From Antedon mediterranea (Eukaryota; Animalia; Echinodermata), in assembly GCF_964355755.1 (NCBI RefSeq), contig NC_092671.1:2914001-2978000 (forward strand): a stretch of 64,000 nt of DNA, given 5' to 3'. The position numbers and the translations under genes are program-made. Below, piece after piece: positions 36,790-48,588 of the stretch (the first letter of the stretch is position 1; each line of letters opens with the position of its first letter). The notes beneath the pieces were generated by a model. The model saw nothing but the letters and a program-made list of their open reading frames with translations, was not told where the DNA came from and ran no database searches.

Positions 36790-37895
36790 AATACTAATAA
36801 ATATTAATTTGAGCCTTTCATTCTCGTTAATTAATTCAATCACTAGGCCCACAACACCGTTTGATAGGCCTAGCTTTATAAACATACCGTACCTTATTCC
36901 TCTATTCATCTTGGTGGTAATCGATTGCTTGGTAGCGGCATTTATAGTTGCGGTTTTTGTAATCTGGTCATTAACAAATATTTTCTCTAAATACTTAATT
37001 AAATGTCGTCACGCTCTATGATCTTGATAAATGTTTGTCCTTTTGTGATTGATATCTGGGCTTTCACAAAATACTGTGCTCCGATTGGTCGCTGTGATGA
37101 TGAGTATGAGTGACGTATGTGATAAGTTTAAGATAGCAATCAACCAACATCAATCAACAATTATGCCAAATGAATTTTTTATTCAATATCGTATTTATTG
37201 TGAATTCTTACCTCTTAAACATAGTGTTTGTTTACTCAGACGTTTTAACAATATTACCAAAATTGCTTCAAAATCACAACAAAAACTTATTCAAAACTTC
37301 AATATTAAAATATATTAATCAAGCATAACGGTATGCTAAATTGTACCATACATGTAAATGGGGTACCCTCGTGGGTTTAAAACGATACATTTGTTATTGG
37401 ATAATGTGTTAGCATGTGCTACAGTAAACACAATAAACAATACACGTAATGACAACAGATAGAGGGGTGGGGCGTGACGCGACAAAATGTTCAAAGCGTA
37501 CTGTCAAGTAAAGCGTGGTCCCCACTAGGACGTAACGCAATGACGTATAAAGTGCTGTATTGCGTAATCACAAGTGGGAACCGACGACGCAACAGTGCTG
37601 CAAACAACGCAGGTTTGATTTCACGCAGGCGGAGGCAAACACAATATTAGAAGGGCATTTTCTTACGTTGCGTAGGTTGCGTTACGTTGCGTCGCTAGTG
37701 GGAACCAAGCTTTAGAGAAACATGTTTTGTCGTATGTGCTATCGTCGTCAGATAAAATCAGATTTCGTCTCTGTCCTGTTTCTGTGTCAAGCGTATTTCA
37801 TCTGAAGATTAAGTACCGTAAAATATATAATGTCGAGAAAGGTAGGTACTGTCGAATACATGTTTATCTTAATAGTGTGGATGCAAAGGTTGCAT
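36790..37895 (+). repeat. Diverged duplicated block, copy B (copy A at about 4560-5540)
   Basis: See copy A. Interrupted by a MITE at 37512-37711. Confidence 0.85.
37512..37711. mobile_element. PIF/Harbinger-like MITE (family also near 36110-36220, 37900-38043, 39995-40078, 50873-50986)
   Basis: TIR AGC(T/G)TGGT(T/C)CCCACTAG / CTAGTGGGAACCAAGCT with TAA/TTA flanks and internal ACGCAACGCAA motifs. Confidence 0.75.
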
Positions 37896-39435
37896 GTCTA
37901 AAGCTTGGTACCTTTTTAGGCACCGCAAGTCATTCGACCAATCACGACGCCAGGGATCATCCGAACTGTCGCTTTTGATTGGTCAACTCACTTTCGTTTT
38001 GCCTATGCGCCGTTTTGTTACGTTCAAGTGGGGAACCAAGCTTAAGAATACGGTAACAAATAGCACATTATAATTTTAATAATTTTATATTTAAAACTGG
38101 TACAATAAAGCATACTGCTTTTGCAACGGGAGTAATTGTTAGGATTAACTAGAATTGCCGCAATCTGTATTATTGTCTCTTTTTAAATATTAGTCCACCA
38201 GTCGGTGTTTCGATTTTTATCTGAAACTGAGCTTAATTATTATACGCATCAAACGCCATATGTGCCAAAATATTTATCTTTTTACGGTCAAGAACCTAGA
38301 CTAGTTTATAACTTGTAACCGCCCACAATTGTTAGTGACACCAAGGTGACAATAATATACGATTTAAAGGCATCAGCAATTATCCACCGTATATCCACCA
38401 ACCTCGTTTGCAGTTTCTTTCTTCCTTTTCTGGGGAGTCACCATATATGCTGATATCAGATTTGAACTACCTAACTACTGAAAAAATAGGATAGATGATA
38501 GATATAGGTTTTATAGCAACATTTTGCAAATTTTACGTTTTTAAAACAGCGCCACCAACGAAAGACACAAACAAAACTTACACAACGGACGGAAAGAAGA
38601 TTGTACAATAATAATTATGCTGTATTATTCATAGGCAGACATTGTGTACGGTAATATGGATATAGAAAATTATGTACCCACGATTTTGAAATTAATCCGG
38701 GGATCTCAATAATATAAGCCTCCTTCGATATAATCATATGAATAAATATGCACTGCTAATAATATATTAATCTGTACTATTCTGACTCAGAACAGGAAAT
38801 TTACTTTATCAAAGCTCTATAAAATTTTGCATTGAATTTCATTCCGAATTATTGTAGATGTTTGTAGACAAATGTATGGATCTAATTAGCGTATTAATAG
38901 AATTTAGTTTCTCGGACACCGGTAGGTCTATTAAGAGGTGTCGACGATAGCTTAGTTCCCGCAATGCAGACATGCGCAACGCAATTAAGTTGAGCTATGT
39001 GATTGCCATACCTATTCAAGATGAAACATGGCGACAAAATAACAAATCATTAATTTAGTGTTTGAAATGCGTCACCGAATGTAATAAATGCGTCACCGAA
39101 TGTAATATAAATATATGTATTTTCTGTTCTGTGTATATAAATGTGTATCTGTATAAATACCGCCATATTCTGAGAAAAATGACAATTTACATTCATAACG
39201 CGTCACCGGTGTGTCACATTTTGTTTGATGACGCATTATCGGCATGGGCTATTCCCATTGATGACGTTTAACATTCTTGTCTTACCGTCGTCATTAGTTT
39301 GGTTATGCATTGCCTATAATACGTTACACCATATCAAATACATATTCAAAAAATATCCTAGGTAAATATTTCAATACTAAAATATGTATAAACATAATAT
39401 GTATAATAACACGTTAAAATGGATATCAGATGTGA

Positions 39436-39465
39436 CTAACTGTTGCCTTGTAAAATATCCAGAAT
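39436..39465 (-). CDS. Prepropeptide coding exon 5 (terminal)
   Basis: TTTGTTTGCTTTCAG acceptor; ILDILQGNS-stop, phase 0. Confidence 0.65.
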   Translation of the reverse strand: MLDILQGNS

Positions 39466-40131
39466 CTGAAAGCAAACAAAAAAGATGAGAATTTTAGACA
39501 ATATATCGTCTTAGCAATTGTCAATTGTGGTGGAAAATTAATCCCTCATGAATGATGCATTAATCCGCCATGCATGATGATGGATTAGCGTATTAGGCTT
39601 TGTGACGCTTAAGCTTTACCTTAGTTAAAATACAATCAAGATAACAAATATTCATATTAATACACTCGGACAAATCCCCCCACCCTCTCTTCTCACCATC
39701 TCCTCCCCACAAATAAATACACGTTCTTTTCTTTATCGGAGTTATTATACTGTACAGACATCCGACACCCGTGTTGTAATCCGGTGGATTCTATCGATTG
39801 GATGTTTTTATCAGAGTTACATCGATTACCGGTGTAGTACATCGGAGTTATTTCAGAGGTTATATCAGAGTTAATGACACGTACGGAGGTATAATGATCA
39901 CACGAGCACTTATCGGTTTTAATTGATACGATTTTGATCAGCTCAAACCGTATTCTATGCATGATTAAATATAGTGCGTGTGAACATAGCTAATGCTTGT
40001 TTCCCACTAAGACGCAACACAAAGTCAACACAAGTAATTTGATCTTCTCATATTGAATCCTAGTGTGAAACAAGCTTTAGACCCCATGGTCTAGCAATCA
40101 GACGTTTCATTTCATAAATCAATCAATTCAC

Positions 40132-40344
40132 CTCTCTAACCACGGCTTCGTCCTGCTGGTCAAATTGGTTGCCATTTATATTCCTATCTTGTGCCGATTT
40201 CTGCCCAGTCGCATGGCCGATGGCATACGCCGACTCACTGACGTCATTCGCTGTTTCATATTCTCGTTTCGTATTTTCTATATCTGCAGAAATTTGTCGA
40301 TTAACTAGAGGTTGCTGCCAATCTGGAAAATATTGAGTTCTTCC
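40132..40344 (-). CDS. Prepropeptide coding exon 4
   Basis: 213 bp, TTTTTTCAACAG acceptor and GTGAAT donor, phase 0-0. GRTQYFPDWQQ...ENTKREYE...EAVVRE. Confidence 0.8.
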
Positions 40345-40665
40345 CTGTTGAAAAAAATAGATCAATCGTTGTTAATTATTTGACATTGTCGATCAATAAT
40401 TATTAATATATTTAATCGATAAATTATTAATAAATCGATTGAAGTCATTGATAGAAATAAATAGGCGTGGATTATCCAGTAGTAATCAATGAATCATTGA
40501 CAATAATTGATAGACAATAAGTCAATATTTACCAATCATTAATTGATTAATCGATCGATCAATCAATCAATCAATGATCAATTGATAAATCAGTGAATCA
40601 ATCACTAATCGATAATAAATCAACAACAATTAATACAACAGTGTAAAGTGTTGAAATATACATAC

Positions 40666-40694
40666 CAACGCTAAACGCTTTTCAATCGATCTAT
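40666..40694 (-). CDS. Prepropeptide coding exon 3 (29-bp micro-exon)
   Basis: TTGACAG acceptor and GTATGT donor. (D)RSIEKRLAL converts phase 1 to phase 0, exactly as the flanking exons require. Confidence 0.75.
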
Positions 40695-41081
40695 CTGTCA
40701 ATAAATCAGAGTCATACGAACGTTTTCCTAAAATGTACAAATTAACGTGTGATGACAATCAGTTATAATTAAACATTTATCAACATTAGAAACCATTGTA
40801 ATCTCGGGATCCTCGTCAACTATTCTTAAACACTGTCACTTTTTGTGTCACCTCCTTTCATTTCTGAACATCACAAATATAATCGCTTTCATTTCATTTT
40901 TTGCAGTTACTCCCTCTTTTTCACCCCTAATTATCTCTACTCACCGTTATTATATGGACAATGATTTTTACAGTAGCTTGTGGTTCTTCTTAATGCTGTA
41001 CACTTGTCAAAGCACCCTCTCTTTGGCATTTCTGTATTGAAATAATTGCATGACAATTGTGAATAACTTTGAATTATATAT

Positions 41082-41358
41082 AGCAAGTACGAAATTGAAA
41101 TCTTATATGTTTATTCGTCCTCAAGATTAACTGGAAACTGAGGACTGAGGGATTAGGCCCTCCACAGACCCACGGCAGGCAGCAATGTAGCGCATTGTCG
41201 AATAGTGTACCATTAACGTGCATTATGCACACAGGACCAACGGCTTTACATCCCATCCGAAGGACGAGGCAATGAGAGTAAAGCATCTTGCCTAAAGACA
41301 GATAGGCTCGAACCCATGCCTAGCTATCACATACTAGTCCGATATTATCATTACACCA
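41082..41358 (-). mobile_element. tRNA-derived SINE with Meta-like domain (second, headless copy at about 42347-42546)
   Basis: Minus strand: GGGTTCGAGCC B box, TTAGGCAAGATGCTTTAC, CCTCGTCCTTCGGATGGGATGTAAAGCCGTTGGTCC. Confidence 0.7.
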
Positions 41359-41385
41359 GGTCATCACTCTCTGTTATATATAATA

Positions 41386-41480
41386 CAGCAGCACCCACCG
41401 CTATTCCCAGACAATCTCCCTTCCAGAACGCAACCAGGCTCAACGTTGCTTAATTTCGGAGAACCGGTGTTTGGCCGTAT
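41386..41480 (-). pseudogene. Degenerate 5S rRNA-derived sequence
   Basis: TACGGCCA...AACACCGGTTCTC...CGAAATTAAGCAACGTTGAGCCTGGTT...TGGAAGGGAGA..GTCTGGGAATA...GGGTGCTG follows eukaryotic 5S order with internal deletions. Confidence 0.7.
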
Positions 41481-41595
41481 ATTTAAAAGCCATTGGGGCG
41501 CAAAATTAAAATTATGATATGATATGTTCTTAATAAAAAATATTATATTTAATATAAAAACACATCCGTTAAGTAAAAATAAATATAGAATTTAC

Positions 41596-41682
41596 CACCA
41601 ATAAACGAGCACTCATCTTGACATTGGCTGAATATCTTGCCGTTATTAATGCAATTTGATATACAACTTCGTTTAAATACAC
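41596..41682 (-). CDS. Prepropeptide coding exon 2 (Cys-rich mature peptide)
   Basis: 87 bp, CTTTTATAG acceptor and GTAAAT donor, phase 1-1. (G)VFKRSCISNCINNGKIFSQCQDECSFIG. Confidence 0.8.
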
Positions 41683-42277
41683 CTATAAAAAGATCATATT
41701 TAATGATTAGGAGATACATTAGGCCTATACTAGTCCGACTGGCCTACGGGGAGACATTTCTCATGGGTCAGTCGGAGTAGGCCTAGTGTGGAGCTAATCT
41801 ATACAGTTTTTAGCTAACGCCCTCTATATTCCAATAACATAAAACTTTACAAAAAACATGTTCATGAAGTCTTTCCATGTTTATTTACATTGCTACTTTA
41901 CCATGTACAATGAAATGTGTCATGGGCACCTTAAATTCCTGTCTCCGCACATAAAACAATTTTTTAGCTAGGATATGTTAACCTTTTGTTTTTGTTATCT
42001 TCTATATTGTTGTGAAACAATAAATTGAATGAATAAGTAATAATATAATAAATCGTCAGTCATGTAGTCTTATTACTTATGGTTGTCATGATTAAAAAAA
42101 TATATGATCATGTAAAGAAAAATTAGAGAAACGTGGGTGATCCACAAAAGATGAAAAAGCTAATAAAATCTCTTTCTCTTTTTCACCCCTAATTAGCTCT
42201 ACTCGTCGATATATAGGCAATGATTTGTTGTAGTTTATGGGTTTTGATTTTGTACGCGTGTCAAAGCAACCTCTAAC

Positions 42278-42333
42278 CAGGGAAGAGTTAAATTAACGTG
42301 CATTAAAAGAGTTAGTAATTTAACTCTTCCCTG
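42278..42333. mobile_element. 56-bp mini-MITE with 18-bp TIR and 7-bp TSD
   Basis: CTCTAAC|CAGGGAAGAGTTAAATTA...TAATTTAACTCTTCCCTG|CTCTAAC. Confidence 0.8.
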
Positions 42334-43476
42334 CTCTAACTTTGAATTGTATAGCAAGTAAGAAATTTAAATGTTATATGTTTATTCGTCCTCAAGCTTA
42401 ACTGGAAACTGAGGACATTCCGAGTAGGCCCTCCACGGACCCACGGCAGGCAGCAGTGTAGTGCATTATCGAATAGTGTACCAAGTTGGTGCACTATGCA
42501 ACCGCTTTACATCCCATTCGAAGGACGAGGCAATGAGAGTAAACCAACTTGAATAATTAATATAATAAATCGTGTAGAAAGAAACTTGTGTAGTAAATCA
42601 GATAACAATTGTGTATAATCGGGATCAAGACAATAAGCTTCATCATTGTTTGTTATAATGCATGTTTAATATATGTGGGTAATAGACCGATAGAGTAATA
42701 TAACACCTTTATACGAACAGTGTTGATATACTAATATAATAATTGATATCATCACCGACGGAATAAAGCTTAGCTTGTATCAATTTCATAAAGTCACTTA
42801 ACGTGCCCACGTTCATTAATCTAAATTAAGCTGTTACGATTCTAATTAATATTGTAGCATATTATTAATATGTTGTTAATCTAAAAGTAACTCCAGTTTT
42901 ACAGCAAGTATATTCTAATCGGACTCTGGTCAGTTTTAAATGGACACGCCATTCCCAACGTCTCTTATTTAGAAAAAAACAAAAGTACATTTTCGCTGGT
43001 TTAGTGATGATGGGTTTCCCGTGGAAAAGGGATTAACTCAAGATTTTTCGTACATTAATTATTGTAACAAGATTCCTTTAGCATCTGTAAATCCCACACA
43101 CTTAACAGTTTCCTGTTAAATGAATACGGTACGGTAAGATTAAAAAATATTTAAAATTGTAAATTGACCCGTCAAAATATTGATGGTTTCTCTGGAGGTG
43201 GGGATAAGGAGAGGTGTCAGAGTTGTGGAACATTTGGAAAGTAAGACGAATGGAAGAAAAAATGGCATCTAATCAACAAAGGGAAGATATCTTGTTTTAA
43301 TGATTACCAAAAGTTGATTTTGTATTTTAATGTTTTTACTCTCTTGAAATTGTAACCCCTTTTGTATTTCATGCGTCTGCTAACTTTCTTTGTATGTTTT
43401 GTTTTTGGCTCTGGTGTACAAAAAAACCAAAATTTGGTGTGTATAAGCGAGCATTCATTCATTCAGTAAAAATAAA

Positions 43477-43785
43477 AGATATATTGTCCTATGAAAAAAA
43501 TAAAAACATAATAGTTAAACTATTCACTTTGACCAAAACTTTGATTAAACAATTATTTTCCTGAATAAAAAATGAACTTTAATTTAAAATCAAAAAAGTC
43601 AAATTGGCCAGCAATGGTTTTTGATTAAATTTAACCGTAGGCCTAAACAAAATCTTTTTATATAGGCCTATATATATCTTTTTTTGTTATTTTCCTATAT
43701 GAAGTGAATAACTTTATTAAAATTACAAAATGGCCTTTGATTTTATCAATATTTATTGTTCATGTGTTTGGGAGAGAATACATCT
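43477..43785. mobile_element. Kolobok-type MITE (degenerate)
   Basis: AGATATATTGTCC...GAGAATACATCT|TTAA. Interior similar to 32754-33084. Confidence 0.7.
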
Positions 43786-44719
43786 TTAACGTGGTACATT
43801 GTGTTGTTATAGAACGCATTGAGTTATAAAAACTAATTCATCAACTCCGCGTGGTTAAATAAAGAACACATAACTCCCAGAAAGAAATCACGGTTTTAAT
43901 TGTGCAAGGTGTTAAATACAGATTAACATCAATTCTGTTATGTATTTCCTTCGAGGCACTGGTTTATGTTGTAACATCATAATTAATCCTAAGATACTCG
44001 TAGGCATTTAGTACAGGCTATAATTAGTTACACATCACATCTTTAAGAGCAGTAATTTTAGAAACGGTAGTTAAACACATCTTTTAGTAGATCATTTGTG
44101 ATTTACCGTAATGCTATCGGTTGTAAAGATGACTTTGTTTAAAAACTTCAAGCTCAGGAACAGGCATGAATTTTAAATATAATATCTGGTTAATTGTACA
44201 TAAATCAAATATTTGTAATAGAAATCAAGACGAAAAAACATGAATTTCCCTTGAAATGGTCAAATACAAAATTTGGCAAAATTCTGCTACAAAAACCAGG
44301 GACTTTTTTCAGTAGTTAGGTAGTTTAACCTAATGTAATAACATGTCTGGTGACTCCCTAGAATGTCAAAAAGAATGATGAAACATAGGGGAAACTAGAA
44401 ACTGGAGGTCTAGCCTGATAATTTTATTTTGGAGACAAATCTCCTGGAGAGGCCACACATCCGTTAAGTGGCAAATAAAGCGGCCTTCCCATAGGCATAA
44501 CCATAAAGACAAAAATATACCAAACATTCTCTACACAATCTTTGGGAGTGGACCAAGCTATAGCAGCTCCACACCCTAGTTCCGTTTGATATACAAAAAT
44601 ATACCAACGATACTAAAATTCTTTGAAGTGGAGTTCATGTCAATTTCATGAGAAAAAAAACCGTGGCATCTGGCAGGACTCTAGGATCGGAAGCCGAGCA
44701 TCTATCAAACCACCAACCT

Positions 44720-44995
44720 ATAACATTTTATTTTTCCTCCATGCTCTACTCCCTCCCGTTGTATATACAAACACGGAAGTTAATAACACAGATTTATCAA
44801 GAGAAAACTGTTAGAAGATGATGAAATACCGATTATTATACATTATAAACAAATTGTTAAACTTGTTAACATTTTATTTTCCCTCCATGCTCTACTCCAT
44901 TCCGTTTTATATACAAAAACGGGAAGTTAATAAACCAGAATGATTAAAATAACAAGAGAAAGCTGTTAGAAGATTACCGATTATTATACATTGTA
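44720..44995 (+). repeat. Tandem duplication (about 145-bp unit)
   Basis: TAACATTTTATTTT.CCTCCATGCTCTACTCC...GGAAGTTAATAA...CTGTTAGAAGAT...ACCGATTATTATACATT occurs twice. Confidence 0.75.
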
Positions 44996-45394
44996 AATTG
45001 TTCTTTTTAAACATGAGACAACAACATTGGTTAGTTACAAACGAAGTATATAGAATATGTAAAAGAAATCTAACGAAGTATATGGAATATGTAAAAGAAG
45101 TCTAGAGGCAATAATATTGTACGATGTTTTAGAAAACCCTTTCTTATAATTCTTGAACATCAGCAGGCAAAATGTTGTAAAGTTTTTACCTGTCCAATTA
45201 ATCATGGCGGTAAAACATGCATTGTATAAATGTGTAAAAGATGACTGCAGATTACCGCGGATCCAAATTACCACGGTTTCAAAATACCATTTAACAACGG
45301 AATAATTCGTTTCGGAATTGATTACATAATCTAACTTGTTGATATACTTGCTCAATTATTTATTTTAATTTTAAAGTTAATAGCAGTTTCTCAC

Positions 45395-45467
45395 CTTTTT
45401 CAATAACTGGAACTGCAACAATGATAGTAGTACTATACAGCAGTATCTGCAGACACGTAACCCACAT
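45395..45467 (-). CDS. Prepropeptide coding exon 1 (signal peptide)
   Basis: MWVTCLQILLYSTTIIVA-VPVIEK, AAG|GTGAGA donor in phase 1. The exon acceptor TTTTTTTAATATCAG ends at 45493. Confidence 0.75.
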
Positions 45468-45621
45468 TATAACAAACTACAGGTTGAATTTTCTGATATT
45501 AAAAAAATAGCTCACAGTTGCCAACACAACTTTAATTTGATAAATCAATTATACGTGAAAAATCTATCTCTCTCTGGAAAATGCCGTCAAGTTTAATATG
45601 CGTAAGAGTATCACACGTTAC

Positions 45622-46001
45622 CTCCGAAGTGTGTATGTAGCAAATTCTGAAATAGCAAGGACTATAAAGCGTGTTCACACACCGGATCGAATAATTACCG
45701 CTAATGAGCATGACATGCCACCGGTAAATTTACATACGTAAATTAGCATCATGTGGGCTATTTACTCACAATGAATGAAAAACATACAAATAATAATAAT
45801 TCTTAGAATGTCTTATTTTTATCCTTCTCCTCAAAACATACAATTGAGTGGCGGGTACTTAAAGTTACACCCTTGGAGGGTTTAAGGAGTCATATCAATA
45901 TGGGGAAATACTTTTAGGCAATTCGAGGGATATACCTGGGAGCATCGTAGTAACGGTTGTTTATGCAGTACACGCGCAGTACACGCGCACGCCCATTTAT
46001 A
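45622..46001 (-). promoter_or_regulatory. Putative promoter and 5' UTR exons of the prepropeptide gene
   Basis: TATAAAT at 45995-46001 followed by a CpG-rich start region. CAG|GTATAT donor at 45936. 25-bp UTR exon 45622-45646 (TTTCAG / GAG|GTAACG). Confidence 0.55.
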
Positions 46002-46889
46002 GTATTAACTATTCTACTGTATTTAATCAATCAATCAACTATGTTTTAGTTTATTTACATTATAAAATGTTAACAGGGGGATAACGGATTTGTTGTTGAT
46101 GCCCGTGGAACAGCGAAATGTCCATAAATGATACAATAACACGCCGAATCAGGCATGTTATGGGATGGAAGATTAAGTAGCATATAGCATAATGAAACGT
46201 TTAATAAAATTAACGATGAACTGCTTATGGAAAGTGCGCGTAGACGAAAGTTTACGATAAAATTACTACGTGATATGGTGTAAAGCATTAGGTTTACTAA
46301 AAGACGAGAGGTTACAAATTAAAATGAAAACAATTATATATTATATCGATATAGTAAAAATAGCATTGTAGTGAGATGATGGTTTGCTCGCGTTATTTTC
46401 CTTGATCAATGTGTTACGGCAGAAATCATGATTGTGTCAAATATTTAGTACTTTTTTTGGAGTTGTGATTCGTTGATCTCGTAACCATCGAGTTCATACC
46501 CTAGACATCTGAGCAACTTGTAATGCTGGAAGTGACCAGTATGGTACCTAAAACACCATACCGGTACTTGACGCAAACAACTATAACTATAGTAACTCTT
46601 CTAAAATAAACTTCTGTCTAAGTATCTGGTATAAAAACCGCAGTTGTATCTTAAACTGTTGCTAACGAATTCCGGGTTCAACGCTTGGAAGAGTGTCATT
46701 TTAATTGTGAAGATAAACAGTAAAATAGCAAGAATTGTTTAATTTACTTATACTGCCTGATTTCTAGAAATTGTAATTAAAGTACATAAAACTATTAGAT
46801 TAGCATAATAAGTAAGAGTAACTCGTCGCCATTAACAAGTTTGGTGATCCACATATACTCAACGTAGATTAGATTAAACATTAAATAAA

Positions 46890-47835
46890 CGTGAAGTATT
46901 TTGACCAATCACTACGCGACGTATCACCCGAGCTGTCGTTTGTGATTGGTATGTGTACCTTAAAAAGCTGTTTCCTACTAGGACGTAACGCAAGGACGTA
47001 CGTAGACGCAACGTGTCGACGCAAAGTGCCGCAAGAACCTTGCGTGTCACGAGTAGAAACCGAACCGTTTCCTGCTTTGATAATTTAACTTGCTGTAAAA
47101 AGAGGGGGATGCCAAATTGATATGGGACTATTATAGAGCCCCAGACGTTGTGGTCGAAAAAATAAATTAAATTAGCTTGGTTCCCACTAGAACGTAACGC
47201 AAGGACGTAAACGCAACGCAAGCGTTTTAACCAATGACAAGCGAAGTTATAGACAGTTAGCAATCACAAGCGAATAAGCCATCGCTTGTGATTGACAAAT
47301 TCACTTGCGTTGCGTTACGTCCTTGTGTTGCGTCGCTAGTGGGAACCACGCTTTAGGACGTAGACGCAATAAAAGCGAGTTGACCAATGACAAGCGACTG
47401 TTGGAATAATCCATCGCTTGTGATTCGTCAAATAATTTATGTTGCGCTACGTCCGTTTGTTCATTCTAAAGCTTAGTTCCCACAAGGACGTAACGCAACG
47501 CAAACGAGTAAACCAATGACAAGCGACAGTCGAATAAATCCATCGCTTGTGATTTGTCAAATCCCTAAAGCTTGGTTCCCACTAGAACGTAACGCAAGGA
47601 CGTAAACGCAACGCAAGCGTTTTAACCAATGACAAGCGAAGTTCTAGACAGTTAGCAATCACAAGCGAATAAGCCATCGCTTGTGATTGGTCAATTCACT
47701 TGCGTTGCGTTACGTCCTTGTGTTGCGTCGCTAGTGGGAACCACCCTTTACGTTGCGTTACGTCGTTGTGCTGCGTCTCTAGTGGGAACCACGCATCAAT
47801 GGGAACCAATCATTAGGTTGCGGCAGAAGTTTGTT
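46890..47835. mobile_element. Cluster of nested/adjacent PIF/Harbinger-like MITEs
   Basis: Repeated AGCTTGGTTCCCACTAG / CTAGTGGGAACC termini. Two near-identical full copies at about 47174-47352 and 47569-47747. Confidence 0.8.
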
Positions 47836-48526
47836 TTTAGTGGTAACCAAGCTTTATAGGCTGATGATCGTTAATGTAAACACGCTCAATAATTAGTAAA
47901 ACAATTCAACGGAAATGAGAAAAATATGAAATGTTAATCTAACATTCCTTGTAAGCAGGATGTATAACTGACTAAAAACCGGGACATTCAATTAACTGAA
48001 AACATCATCTTACGTCACAACTCGTTAAAAATTAGGGTACTGTATATGAGAATAGAATAATTTACAGTAATGTTAAAACCAATGGGCGACTTAATCAATG
48101 TTATAGCTATTTGTCATTAATAGTACAATTTAGTTGTAACGTCATTTATTTAATTCAATATCAATCATCAATAACAAAAGCCTACAATCTCCAACTACCT
48201 TAAGTTAAAATAATATTATGAGCGTGTATTTCGGCTAACATGTTTTCAGTATTATCTGGTCAATCCGTGTACTTATAGTGTTAACTGGTGTTAGTAATTA
48301 ATGTCGTCATCTTTCAATGCGAAGCAAGTTGACGATGTTATGATTATTTAAGTTGATCTAAAAATAGCTTCTTATGAAAATGGGTACATATAAATGTTGT
48401 ATGGTGATTCTAGACCTATTCAGCACAAACAAGTAAACATTTTTTGATAAGAAAATAAAAAACAAGATTTTAATTGATTTCTTTTCGTTTCGTTGGAAGA
48501 AGCAGTGTAATAGATTTCCCTTGTTT

Positions 48527-48588
48527 CGTCAGTGACGTATGCGTCAGTGACGTATGCGTAGTGACGTATGCGTAGTGACGTATGCGTA
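48527..48588 (+). repeat. Minisatellite (AGTGACGTATGCGT(C))x4
   Basis: Direct 14-15-bp tandem repeats. Confidence 0.9.

Noticed and set aside
41596-41682. Eclosion-hormone-like identity (CISNC resembles CIxNC)
   Set aside because: Only four Cys are present. The CxxC continuation and sixth Cys of eclosion hormone are absent.
39436-45467. Calling the peptide precursor orexin/hypocretin because human HCRT lies near STAT5B
   Set aside because: The cysteine spacing (CX3C-X9-CX3C) does not match the orexin CC...CxC pattern, and no amidated orexin-like tail is present.
45800-45808. GAS/STAT site TTCTTAGAA in the first intron of the peptide gene
   Set aside because: A single short motif expected frequently by chance in AT-rich DNA. 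No evidence of STAT regulation.
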